Assembly (NCBI GenBank): GCA_001789445.1
Contig: MFZQ01000014.1
Location: 11,557-75,556 of the forward strand
Length of the DNA: 64,000 nucleotides
Origin: Candidatus Roizmanbacteria bacterium RIFCSPHIGHO2_02_FULL_40_13b
Lineage (GTDB): Bacteria; Patescibacteriota; Microgenomatia; UBA1406; HO2-37-13b
Direction of reading: 5' to 3'
Shown here: positions 1 through 9,219 of the stretch, one piece after another
Numbering within the stretch: position 1 is the stretch's first letter
How the letters are laid out: every line of letters starts with the position of its first letter
The notes under the pieces: model-generated
Told to the model about the DNA's origin: nothing
Databases searched by the model: none
Seen by the model: only the letters and a program-made list of their open reading frames with translations
Translations under genes and position numbers: made by a program

Positions 1-38
1 GGTTTGGGGAGGGTACGATTTTTTATTATCTCAAGGAA

Positions 39-857
39 ATGAGGAAAAATTGGCTAAAGGGAAAGCAAAAATTTCAGCCGCGCTTATTGGGTTTTTTATT
101 CTTATTTTTGCCCTATTTATTGTCCGCATCATTGGTTATATCTTCAAACTCGGTAATGGAATCTTCTAACGCCCCGCTCGTATTATCCTTAGGTGGAAGT
201 TTAGTCTCTACAAAAGAGGGAATTGATACCGCATTTTTGAAAGAATTTAACCAGATGGTGCGAAAATTCGTAAAAGGTGGAAGAAAATTTTTCATTGTTG
301 TTGGTGGTGGCCGGTTATGTCGAGATTATCGAGATGCTGGACAAGAAACTATTGGTGAAGTCACCGATATTGATCTTGACTGGCTTGGAGTTCATGCAAC
401 ACGCGTGAATGCACATCTCATTCGAACAATTTTTAAAGATATCGCCCACCCACGGATCATCGAAAATTATGAAAAAAAACTAAAACCACATGCTGAACCT
501 GTTGTGATTGCCGCCGGTTGGAAACCGGGCTGGTCAACCGATTATGATGCAGTACTTTTGAGCAAAGACTATGGAGCAACTATAATTATTAATATGTCGG
601 ACATTGATTACGTATACGATAAAGATCCAAAAATGCATGCGGATGCAACAATAATAGAAAAAATGTCATGGAACGAATTCGAAAAACTTGTTGGTACAAA
701 ATGGAGCCCTGGGGCCAATGTTCCGTTTGATCCAGTTGCCTGTGCACTTGCCAAAAAGCTTGGATCAACTGTTATAATCACCAATGGACGCAATTTGAGC
801 AATTTAGAAAATATCATTAACGGAAAAAAATTTATTGGCACCGTTATAACGTCGTAA
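39..857 (+). CDS. pyrH: Archaeal-type UMP kinase (amino-acid kinase family); likely true start at 156 (MESSNAPLVLSLGGS)
   Basis: Motifs LSLGGS, IVVGGGRLCRDY, GVHATRVNA, AAGWKPGWSTDYDA, IDYVYDKDP and FDPVACALAKKLGSTVII align with archaeal PyrH. The first ~39 codons are hydrophobic and outside the homology. Confidence 0.75.
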   Translation: MRKNWLKGKQKFQPRLLGFLFLFLPYLLSASLVISSNSVMESSNAPLVLSLGGSLVSTKEGIDTAFLKEFNQMVRKFVKGGRKFFIVVGGGRLCRDYRDAGQETIGEVTDIDLDWLGVHATRVNAHLIRTIFKDIAHPRIIENYEKKLKPHAEPVVIAAGWKPGWSTDYDAVLLSKDYGATIIINMSDIDYVYDKDPKMHADATIIEKMSWNEFEKLVGTKWSPGANVPFDPVACALAKKLGSTVIITNGRNLSNLENIINGKKFIGTVITS

Positions 858-863
858 ATTTTC

Positions 864-1925
864 ATGATTCTTTCCAAAATCACGCTTTCAAACTTTCGTA
901 ATTTTGATACAAAAAAGGTTGTGTTACATCCGAGCACGACCATTATTACCGGGCCCAATTCTATTGGAAAAACAAATCTCTTGGAAGCTATGTATGTACT
1001 CATTACTGGAGCTGGAATTCGAGACGAAAAACAAGATGAGCTTATTAAAATTGGAGAGAAAACTGCGACTATTGAAGGAAAACTCGAACATAACAACGAT
1101 ATAGATACACTGCGAATCTATCTTGAAAATGGTATTACCGCAAAAAAAGTTTTTAGTATTAATAAAACACAAAAACGCCTGTTTGAATATACGAAACAAG
1201 TGATGCCAACTGTTTTTTTTACTCCAAAACTCGTCCATGTTATTGATGGTGAGCCTGCAAGTCGGCGAAAGTTTATTGATCGAATTCTCTCAAAGCTCGA
1301 TATTGAGTATAAAAAACGGTTGGGAAATTATGAAACTGCACTTCGAAAAAGAAATAAGATTTTAGAAAAAGTGTATGACATCGCAAAATTAAAAGATGAA
1401 CTTCCCTTTTGGGATACTTATTTAATTGAACAAGCGGCATATATCTGTGAAAAGCGAGCATGGTTTGTGGACCAGTTGAACTCTGGAGTTGCTATGCAAA
1501 ATCACCTTTTCTCGATAATCTATACTGAAAAGGAGATTTCAAAAAAAACACTCCAAGATACATTTGATAAACAGTATCAAATAAAATCAACACGTGTTGG
1601 TCCACAACGTGATTCATATGAGATTTTTCAGAAAAATTTACTTCGCCCCGACACAGAGGCAAAAAATGTTCATCAATTTGGTAGCCGCTCCGAGCAACGT
1701 CTGGCCCTTTTTTGGATTATCGTAAATGAGCTCAAACTCTATGAAGAAATCTTCAAAACAGCTCCCCTCCTGTTGCTCGATGACATCTTCTCCGAGCTCG
1801 ATGAAGCAAATAGGGAATATGTGGTTGATTTAATAGGAAAGTACCAAACGGTGATTACAAAAACGGATGAGGAAGTCATCAAACTCGGCAAACTCCCGCA
1901 CTCGACCATTGAAATGGTAAAATAG
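864..1925 (+). CDS. recF: DNA replication and repair protein RecF
   Basis: N-terminal Walker A (GPNSIGKTNLLEA), ABC signature (SRSEQRLALF) and Walker B (LLLLDDIFSELD). Length 353 aa. Confidence 0.9.
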   Translation: MILSKITLSNFRNFDTKKVVLHPSTTIITGPNSIGKTNLLEAMYVLITGAGIRDEKQDELIKIGEKTATIEGKLEHNNDIDTLRIYLENGITAKKVFSINKTQKRLFEYTKQVMPTVFFTPKLVHVIDGEPASRRKFIDRILSKLDIEYKKRLGNYETALRKRNKILEKVYDIAKLKDELPFWDTYLIEQAAYICEKRAWFVDQLNSGVAMQNHLFSIIYTEKEISKKTLQDTFDKQYQIKSTRVGPQRDSYEIFQKNLLRPDTEAKNVHQFGSRSEQRLALFWIIVNELKLYEEIFKTAPLLLLDDIFSELDEANREYVVDLIGKYQTVITKTDEEVIKLGKLPHSTIEMVK

Positions 1926-1931
1926 AGGTCT

Positions 1932-2018
1932 GGAGGGTTGGCCGAGCGGTTTAAGGCGCAGGTTTCGAAAACCTGTGAGCGAAAGCTCTCAGAGGTTCAA
2001 ATCCTCTACCCTCCGCCA
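1932..2018 (+). tRNA. tRNA-Ser (anticodon CGA), CCA encoded
   Basis: Cloverleaf with acceptor GGAGGGT/ACCCTCC, anticodon stem CAGGT/ACCTG, loop TTCGAAA (anticodon CGA), long variable arm GAGC..GCTC, and T-arm AGAGG-TTCAAAT-CCTCT. Confidence 0.85.
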
Positions 2019-2046
2019 AAGCCACTGAATATTGTATCCTTAAAGA

Positions 2047-4524
2047 ATGGGGAATGAAAAAGGACTTTCGGGGGAAGAAGCTTCCGCACTACTAAAATCT
2101 CACGGTTTTAATGAGATTGCTGTAAAACCGCGCCAAACTCCACTGCAGATTTTTGTCTCGCAGTTTAAAAGTATTCTCGCCGTGCTTCTTATTCTCGCCT
2201 CCCTCGCATCACTTTTCTTAGGCGACCTTGTTGACGGAGTATTAATCTTACTCATTATCGCAATTAATGGAATCTTGGGATTTATCCAAGAGTATAAAGC
2301 CGAACAAGCAATTGCGGCACTTGGAAAAATGACTGTTTCGAGTGCCCGGGTTGTGCGAGATGGAATTGAGCAAAAGATTGAGAGTAGAGAGTTGGTGCCT
2401 GGTGACATCATTATTTTAGAACAAGGTGATAAGATCCCGGCAGATTGTACGCTTGTTCACAGCACACACTTTGAAGTTAATGAAGCATCTCTTACTGGAG
2501 AGTCCCTCAGCGTTGAAAAAAACCATGAAAAAGAGAGTACAAATAAGATTTTTCTTGGAACGATTGTTGCCAAAGGAAGAGGACGCGCGTTCGTCACTAC
2601 AACCGGCATGCAGACTCGCTTTGGACAAATAGCTAAAAAACTTTCGAAAATTGAAGATACTGCAACTCCACTTGAGAAAAAAATAAATACACTGGCTAAA
2701 CAACTCGGATTCCTCGCGCTTATGGGTGCTATCACCGTTTTTATAGTTGGATACCTCTATAATCATCCACTCGTTCAAATGGTCTTTACAAGTATTAGCT
2801 TAGCCGTCGCGGCTGTTCCGGAAGGATTACCGACTGTCATTACCATAACACTTGCTGTAGGCATGCAGAGAATGGCACGAAAAAAAGCAATTATGCGAAG
2901 ACTTTCATCTATCGAAGCACTTGGTTCTATAACAGTCATTGCGACAGATAAAACGGGCACACTCACCCAAAATCAAATGCGTGTATCTAAAGTTTGGCTT
3001 AATGATTCTTCAGATAAGACAGAAAGGCTACTTCTTGAAGCAGGTGTTTTGTGTAATAATGCAAGTCTTGTAAAAAATAATGATAAAAAACTTGACTTTT
3101 TAGGTGATACTACTGAAGGATCACTCTTGTTGTACGCTGCAAGCAATGATGTGGATGTTGAAAAACTTCGAAAAAGCGGAAAACTCATTGAAGAATTCGC
3201 ATTTGATCCGGCGCTTAAGCTCATGAGCGTTTTGTGGGAAAAAAATGGTGAGAAATATGTGTATACAAAAGGATCGTATGAGTCTATTTTAACAGTATCT
3301 AAGAACGTCGATACAGAAGAAATTGAAAAAATTCATACGGAATTTGCAAGTGATGGACTTCGAGTTATCGCAGTTGCGTATAAAAAAGTTCATTCTATTC
3401 CTAAAAATAGAAAAGAGGCAGAAGATGGTCTTGTGTTTCTAGGGCTTGTGGGTATTGCTGATCCCCCCCGGGACGAGGTTACAGGCGCGATCAAGATCGC
3501 CCGACTAGCTGGAATACGAACAATTATGATAACGGGTGATAACGAACTTACTGCCAGAGCTATTGCATCAAAAATTGGTTTGCTAGAAAATGGTGATGAG
3601 ATTATCACCGGAAAACAGCTTAAAGCTTTAACCGATAGTGAGCTTCTCAATAAACTTGATTTAATAAGAATTTTTGCTCGAACAACTCCTGAACAGAAAC
3701 TTCGTCTGGTGACGCTCCTTCAAAAACAAGGACATATTGTCGCTGTCACTGGTGATGGGGTGAATGATGCACTTGCGCTAAAGCAGGCTGATGTTGGTGT
3801 TTCAATGGGAATAACAGGTACTGATGTTGCTAAAGAAGCTTCAGATATGATTTTGACCGATGACAATTATGCAACACTCGTTACTGCCATTTCCGAAGGA
3901 AGAACGATCTACACAAACATAAAAGCATCGGTTAAGTATTTGGTCGGAAGCAATACAGGTGAGGTAATTACGGTCGTTACTGGAATTTTTCTTGGACTTC
4001 CCCTGATCTTTTCACCAATACATCTTTTATATATAAATCTTGTCTCAGATGGACTCCCTGCTATTTCCCTTGCAATGATGCCAAAACATGCAGGAATCAT
4101 GAAAGGTTCGGTTGTAAGATCCAAATCAATGTTTGACCGGTACGATAAAATTTGGTTTTTTGAAGTGAACTTCATAACAGTTATTATCACAATTCTCTCA
4201 TTTATTATTGGGCTTGCAACAGGTTCTATAGAGACTGCTCGAACAATGGCATTCTCCATATTCGTCTTTGCCCAAAGTTTTATTCTTCTCGATGTATGGC
4301 ATCTCAATAGATCGATTTTGGGTGGAACAATGTTCAAAAGCTTTATTTTTCTATTAGCATTTTTGACTCCTTTTATATTACAGTTACTGCTTATCTACAA
4401 CTCAACACTCATCACGCTATTCAAGCTAAGTCCACTTTCCATTACCCAGTTACTGTATGTTATTTCACTTTCATCAATACTCCTTTTTGTTGCAGAAGTT
4501 CGAAAAGTATTGATAAATCGATAA
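2047..4524 (+). CDS. Cation-transporting P-type ATPase, P2A (Ca2+/SERCA-PMR-like)
   Basis: DKTGTLT phosphorylation motif, PEGLP in TM4, TGDN and GDGVNDA motifs, about 10 TM segments, and an N-terminus (GLSGEEASALLKSHGFNEI) typical of Ca-ATPases. Confidence 0.85.
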   Translation: MGNEKGLSGEEASALLKSHGFNEIAVKPRQTPLQIFVSQFKSILAVLLILASLASLFLGDLVDGVLILLIIAINGILGFIQEYKAEQAIAALGKMTVSSARVVRDGIEQKIESRELVPGDIIILEQGDKIPADCTLVHSTHFEVNEASLTGESLSVEKNHEKESTNKIFLGTIVAKGRGRAFVTTTGMQTRFGQIAKKLSKIEDTATPLEKKINTLAKQLGFLALMGAITVFIVGYLYNHPLVQMVFTSISLAVAAVPEGLPTVITITLAVGMQRMARKKAIMRRLSSIEALGSITVIATDKTGTLTQNQMRVSKVWLNDSSDKTERLLLEAGVLCNNASLVKNNDKKLDFLGDTTEGSLLLYAASNDVDVEKLRKSGKLIEEFAFDPALKLMSVLWEKNGEKYVYTKGSYESILTVSKNVDTEEIEKIHTEFASDGLRVIAVAYKKVHSIPKNRKEAEDGLVFLGLVGIADPPRDEVTGAIKIARLAGIRTIMITGDNELTARAIASKIGLLENGDEIITGKQLKALTDSELLNKLDLIRIFARTTPEQKLRLVTLLQKQGHIVAVTGDGVNDALALKQADVGVSMGITGTDVAKEASDMILTDDNYATLVTAISEGRTIYTNIKASVKYLVGSNTGEVITVVTGIFLGLPLIFSPIHLLYINLVSDGLPAISLAMMPKHAGIMKGSVVRSKSMFDRYDKIWFFEVNFITVIITILSFIIGLATGSIETARTMAFSIFVFAQSFILLDVWHLNRSILGGTMFKSFIFLLAFLTPFILQLLLIYNSTLITLFKLSPLSITQLLYVISLSSILLFVAEVRKVLINR

Positions 4525-4534
4525 TCCTATAGTA

Positions 4535-4563
4535 TTGACAAATGTCCCTCTTTGAGGTATAAT
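4535..4563 (+). promoter_or_regulatory. Perfect sigma70 consensus promoter TTGACA-17 nt-TATAAT
   Basis: TTGACA at 4535-4540 and TATAAT at 4558-4563 with a 17 nt spacer, read directly from the sequence. Confidence 0.4.
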
Positions 4564-4577
4564 TGACAAGTTCCAAT

Positions 4578-4601
4578 AGCCACATTAGCTGTGGTTTTTT
4601 T
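4578..4601 (+). terminator. Rho-independent terminator-like hairpin plus T7 run, probably terminating the P-type ATPase gene
   Basis: agCCACAttagcTGTGGttttttt: a 5-7 bp stem followed by seven T residues, about 55 nt after the ATPase stop. Confidence 0.5.
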
Positions 4602-4789
4602 GGACATTTTCGCACCTTAACAAAACGGATAGTACAAAAGTGAGCTCAACTCACGAATTTTGAGTACAGTATCGAATACAGTGATATTGTGCCTAGAATC
4701 CGTGAGTTGTAGTTCAAACAAACGGCCTGCTTCATCAGAAGCTTGACCCTCTCATCATCACTGGTCCCCACAGAAATGATGAACCGAAC

Positions 4790-5599
4790 ATGTTTTACAA
4801 CCGAAGAAGCACGAGTCGAAGAAGCACCATTCAGGCACCGCGAGCACCGATGGTACCGCTCGCACTACTACTCTTGCTCGTTTTGATCATCCTAGGCAAT
4901 GCCTGGTGGTCACCGACGACGGAGGCCCTTTCGGCACAACCGACAGCAGTTGTAGACGCTCCTGTCCAGATTTCGACAGTGAGAGGACTTGCAACCGCCA
5001 CACCGGAACCACCGATTCACATCGCGTGGTTATCACACACGCTCGACCCGTTCCTCTGGAAACTCGCCAACGCCTGCAATAGGTGGGGCGTGGATCCAAG
5101 ACTGTGTGCCATTGTTGCACTTGTGGAGTCCGGGGGAAACCCGTACGCCGTGAGTGAAAGTGGCGCATATGGGCTGATGCAGATCATGCCAGCAACGGGC
5201 TCGCTCGTCGCTACAAGTCTCGATACCCCAGTGGATATCTACGTCATCGACGACAACGTCAATGCCGGAGCGTTCCTTCTTGGAGACGAGCTTGGCTACT
5301 TTGGATTCCTGCAGAGTGCAGATCCAACCTGGCGATGGAGCGTCATGCGTGCAGCAGCTGCCTTCAACGGTAGCCGCAAGTATGCAGACGAGCTGATCGA
5401 CTACGAGACGCTCAAGGTAGGTGGCAATTGCGCCCTCTACTATCCAGAGATCTTTGACCAGCAAATGCATCGGTATTCCTGCTGGGTAGGCGGCCTCTGG
5501 GACGACATCGACGAGAAGGAAAGCGACACGCTTAACTACTGGCTTGCCAGTGGAGGTCAACGACTGATCGACGATGCCGTAGCCGCAGCACAGCGGTAA
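4790..5599 (+). CDS. Membrane-anchored lytic transglycosylase (SLT domain) on a GC-rich island
   Basis: SLT catalytic motif [25 protein letters not shown], an N-terminal hydrophobic anchor, and local GC near 58% against roughly 35% in the flanks. Confidence 0.7.
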   Translation: MFYNRRSTSRRSTIQAPRAPMVPLALLLLLVLIILGNAWWSPTTEALSAQPTAVVDAPVQISTVRGLATATPEPPIHIAWLSHTLDPFLWKLANACNRWGVDPRLCAIVALVESGGNPYAVSESGAYGLMQIMPATGSLVATSLDTPVDIYVIDDNVNAGAFLLGDELGYFGFLQSADPTWRWSVMRAAAAFNGSRKYADELIDYETLKVGGNCALYYPEIFDQQMHRYSCWVGGLWDDIDEKESDTLNYWLASGGQRLIDDAVAAAQR

Positions 5600-5731
5600 A
5601 GCACAAGGGCCAGGAGGCACACAGACGGATGTCAGCGTGATCCTTCCTTCCCCCTTTTTGCCCCAAGCGTTCTCGCGCCCTCGAGACTGTACTATCCGTT
5701 TTCCAACCCTTTTGCTATAATATTTTTATAC

Positions 5732-6223
5732 ATGAATACTTCTCAAATAAAAATCTTTATCACTGGTGGAACAATTGATGACTTGAATTATGAGAGAGAC
5801 GTCCCTCAAAATCATCAATCCCTCATTACCGGCTTATTAGAGCGAGCGAGAATTACTCCCGATTATGATGTTGAAGTACTCATGCAGAAAGATAGTCGAG
5901 TTATTTCTGATAAAGATAGAGAAATTATTTTAGAAAGATGCAGGAATTGTACTGAGGATGAAATACTTATTACTCATGGCACATACACAATGCCTGGAAC
6001 TGCAAAATATTTAGGCAACACTCATCTTGATAAAACGATTGTTCTTTTTGGAGCACATATTCCTGCAAACAGAGATAATTCGGACGCTCTTTTTAACCTA
6101 GGAACTGCCTTCATTGCCTGTCAATTACTACCAAAAGGTGTCTATATTCTTATGAATGGAAAAGTATTCACATGGGATAACGTCAAAAAGGATTTTCCAA
6201 CCGGGTACTTTAAAGAAGAATAA
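5732..6223 (+). CDS. Asparaginase/glutaminase-family N-terminal domain protein (short, 163 aa)
   Basis: IFITGGTIDD motif (asparaginase TGGTIA threonine box) and a size that covers only the N-domain. Confidence 0.5.
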   Translation: MNTSQIKIFITGGTIDDLNYERDVPQNHQSLITGLLERARITPDYDVEVLMQKDSRVISDKDREIILERCRNCTEDEILITHGTYTMPGTAKYLGNTHLDKTIVLFGAHIPANRDNSDALFNLGTAFIACQLLPKGVYILMNGKVFTWDNVKKDFPTGYFKEE

Positions 6224-6267
6224 TCAAAGAATTTTCTACCTCTTTTTCATGGTATACTTCACCATAC

Positions 6268-8046
6268 TTGCATAGAAAATCGCGTATGAGTACACTCACA
6301 CACTCCATTGAAGAAATAAAAAATAAGCTTGATATCGTTGATTTCATTGGTGGCTATACGACACTGAAAAAGATGGGACGAAATTATAAAGCCAACTGCC
6401 CGTTTCATACCGAAAAAACTCCCTCATTTGTAGTTTCCCCAGACCGGCAAATTTGGCACTGTTTTGGCGCATGTCAAGATGGGGGAGATGTGATTAAGTT
6501 TTACATGAAGTGGGAAAATGTGACTTTTTTTGAAGCGCTCAAAGAGCTTGCTGTTCGAACTGGCGTAAAGCTTGAAACGAGTGAGGTCGAGGATCATACG
6601 TGGCAAAAAAAGGCACGAATGTTTGAAATAAATGCACTTGCGGCAAAATATTACAATTACCTTCTTGTAAACCATAAAGTCGCAAAAGTTGCCCGCGAGA
6701 TTCTTGAGAAAAGAAACATTTCAGACAAACTCATCAACACGTTTCAACTTGGATATGCTCCCAATTCGTGGGATTCGCTCATAAAGTTTTTGACGAAAAA
6801 AAAGTATTCGCTTCCTGACCTTGAATCGGTCGGACTTGTTATTAAAGGAGATAAAGGAAGTTATTACGATCGATTTCGAAATCGAATTGTTTTTCCACTC
6901 AAAGATAGTCGCGGAAATATTTTAGGATTTTCGGGCCGAGCTATTGAAACTGATGATGGCGGGGCAAAATACATTAATACTCCTGAAACAGAAATTTATC
7001 ATAAACGAGAAACGCTTTTTGGGATTGATATTAGCAAAGAAAGTATTCGTCGTTCAGAGAGTGTTATTTTAGTTGAGGGAGAATTTGACATGATCGCCTG
7101 TTTTCGAGAAGGGGTGGAGAATGCAGTTGCAATAAAAGGCTCTGCAGTGACCAGAGATCAACTTTTAGTAATAAGTCGATTGTGTAAACATATAATTCTT
7201 GCACTTGATGCCGACTTTTCTGGAAGTGAGACAATTAAAAGAGCTATTAAAGATGCACAGATTCTCGATTTCAAGATTGAAGTTGCAGTTCCAAAAAATG
7301 GAAAAGATCCCGATGAAGCATTTTCAATTAATAAGGTTGAGTATAAAAAGATACTCAAAAATCCCCAAAACATTTATGATTTCGTCATTGAAAATACCCT
7401 CGCCCAGTTTCCCAAAATTGATGCATATTCGAAACGTGAAATTGCAGATAAAATTATTCCCTTTGTTGTCTTTATTGAGAATCCTATTATTAAGTCACAT
7501 TACATTCGCCGACTTTCTCAAATATTGGAAGTCGATGAAAATTCTATCCAAGTCGAGCTTACAAATTTCGGAAGAAGCGAAGAGAAAAAAACAAATAAAA
7601 AATTTATTACAGAAAAACCCGTTATAAAAAAAAGAGATGAACTCATCGAACAACATGTATTAAGCAAAACTTTTACTAGTGAAGCTATTGATGAAGCGCT
7701 AGAAAAATTGAAACAAGAAATTACAGAAGATGACTTTACTTCAAATGTGTATCAGAAAATATTTCATGCATTAATTGAAAGTAAAGAGCGTTTTACTGCA
7801 CAAAGTTTTGCAAAATTGTTGCCTGCAGAGTTGCAAGAAGCATATGACCAGTTATTTTTAGGAGCCATGGAAATTCCAACTTCCGATATAGGTGATTTTG
7901 ACAGGACGCTTCTTGAAATGAAACGACTTTCTTTGAAACGAAAAATTCGTGATCTCATACAAAATGAGAAAGACGATAACTTAAAAAGGGTTCAAGAACT
8001 TTCTGATTTATTATCTTCAGTGGAAAAAAGGTTGTTTATGGTGTAA
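6268..8046 (+). CDS. dnaG: DNA primase DnaG
   Basis: CHC2 zinc finger (CPFHTEKTPSF...HCFGC), Toprim EGEFD motif, 592 aa, and location upstream of rpoD. Confidence 0.9.
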   Translation: MHRKSRMSTLTHSIEEIKNKLDIVDFIGGYTTLKKMGRNYKANCPFHTEKTPSFVVSPDRQIWHCFGACQDGGDVIKFYMKWENVTFFEALKELAVRTGVKLETSEVEDHTWQKKARMFEINALAAKYYNYLLVNHKVAKVAREILEKRNISDKLINTFQLGYAPNSWDSLIKFLTKKKYSLPDLESVGLVIKGDKGSYYDRFRNRIVFPLKDSRGNILGFSGRAIETDDGGAKYINTPETEIYHKRETLFGIDISKESIRRSESVILVEGEFDMIACFREGVENAVAIKGSAVTRDQLLVISRLCKHIILALDADFSGSETIKRAIKDAQILDFKIEVAVPKNGKDPDEAFSINKVEYKKILKNPQNIYDFVIENTLAQFPKIDAYSKREIADKIIPFVVFIENPIIKSHYIRRLSQILEVDENSIQVELTNFGRSEEKKTNKKFITEKPVIKKRDELIEQHVLSKTFTSEAIDEALEKLKQEITEDDFTSNVYQKIFHALIESKERFTAQSFAKLLPAELQEAYDQLFLGAMEIPTSDIGDFDRTLLEMKRLSLKRKIRDLIQNEKDDNLKRVQELSDLLSSVEKRLFMV

Positions 8047-8102
8047 AATACTGCTGTTGAGTTTCCCCCAAAGGGAGATGCTCTCCAAAATTTTTATTAA
8101 TT

Positions 8103-9206
8103 TTGGCCTATCATATGCCTTTGCAACGAATTCCAAAATCAATCAAAGAACTACTCAAACAAGGTGAGGAAAATGGTTTTTTGGTTCTTGATGATATCTT
8201 CTTCGTATACCCCGACCCCGAACATCACATTGAAGAAATAGACGATCTTTTTGACAAGTCAATGAAAAAAAAGATTGATATATTTGAAAATGTTTCAACC
8301 CGAGATGAAGAAGACGCTAAAAAAACTATTGAAGAACTTGAACGAGAGCTTAAACAACTCGTTACGATTAGACATGGTGAATCACTTGATCCAATAAAAA
8401 TGTATTTGAAGGAAATTGGTCAATATCCACTTCTTAAATTTGAAGATGAGATCAAACTTGCCAAGGCGTATGAAAAAGAAGATTTAGATGCACGAGAAAA
8501 GCTGATTAAGTCTAACTTACGTCTCGTTGTTTCTATTGCTAAAAAGTATCTTGGCCGTAGACTTTCATTCCTTGACCTCATTCAAGAAGGAAATCAGGGA
8601 CTTATTAAAGGAGTTGAAAAGTATGACTGGCGACGTGGGTACAAATTTTCAACGTATGCAACGTGGTGGATTCGCCAAGCCATCACCCGCGCAATTGCTG
8701 ATCAATCTCGTACAATTCGAATTCCAGTCCATATGGTTGATAACATCAATCGATATTACAAAATTCAACGAAAACTTATTCAAAAACTTGGCCGCGATCC
8801 CTCAAACGAAGAAGTTTCAAAGGAAATGGAAATATCGATTAAAGAAGTTGAGAATTTAATAAAAATTTCACAACACCCAAAATCGCTTTCAACCCCAATT
8901 GGAGATGACAAAGAGACAACGCTTGAACAATTTGTAGCAGATAGTGATCAACCAACGCTTTATGATACTGTCTCAAAAGAGTTTTTGAGAGATTATCTCA
9001 ATGAGGTTCTTGACACACTTTCTGAACGAGAACGAAAAGTGCTCATCATGCGATTTGGACTCGATGATGGAAAAACAAAGACACTTGAAGATGTGGGAAA
9101 AGAATTTAATGTGACCCGTGAACGCATTCGACAAATTGAGGCAAAGGCAATTCGAAAACTTCGCCACCCCACCCGCGCACGTAAACTGAAGGACTTTGTA
9201 GAGTAG
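8103..9206 (+). CDS. rpoD: RNA polymerase sigma factor RpoD (sigma-70)
   Basis: Region 2 ([27 protein letters not shown]), region 4 HTH ([29 protein letters not shown]), and the dnaG-rpoD arrangement. Confidence 0.9.
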   Translation: MAYHMPLQRIPKSIKELLKQGEENGFLVLDDIFFVYPDPEHHIEEIDDLFDKSMKKKIDIFENVSTRDEEDAKKTIEELERELKQLVTIRHGESLDPIKMYLKEIGQYPLLKFEDEIKLAKAYEKEDLDAREKLIKSNLRLVVSIAKKYLGRRLSFLDLIQEGNQGLIKGVEKYDWRRGYKFSTYATWWIRQAITRAIADQSRTIRIPVHMVDNINRYYKIQRKLIQKLGRDPSNEEVSKEMEISIKEVENLIKISQHPKSLSTPIGDDKETTLEQFVADSDQPTLYDTVSKEFLRDYLNEVLDTLSERERKVLIMRFGLDDGKTKTLEDVGKEFNVTRERIRQIEAKAIRKLRHPTRARKLKDFVE

Positions 9207-9219
9207 TATAATACGTGTC

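Noticed and set aside
4564-4789. Known structured RNAs (tmRNA, SRP RNA, RNase P RNA, 6S) in the promoter-proximal leader
   Set aside because: I could not find the conserved tmRNA tag ORF, the SRP GGAA/AGCAG motifs or RNase P P4 signatures. It is left as an unclassified structured leader.
5033-5620. 195 aa and 93 aa antisense ORFs inside the GC-rich SLT gene
   Set aside because: High GC suppresses stop codons. The sense frame carries the SLT catalytic motif.
7199-7627. 142 aa ORF inside dnaG in an alternative frame
   Set aside because: It is embedded in the primase coding sequence. Lys-rich artefact of AT-rich DNA.
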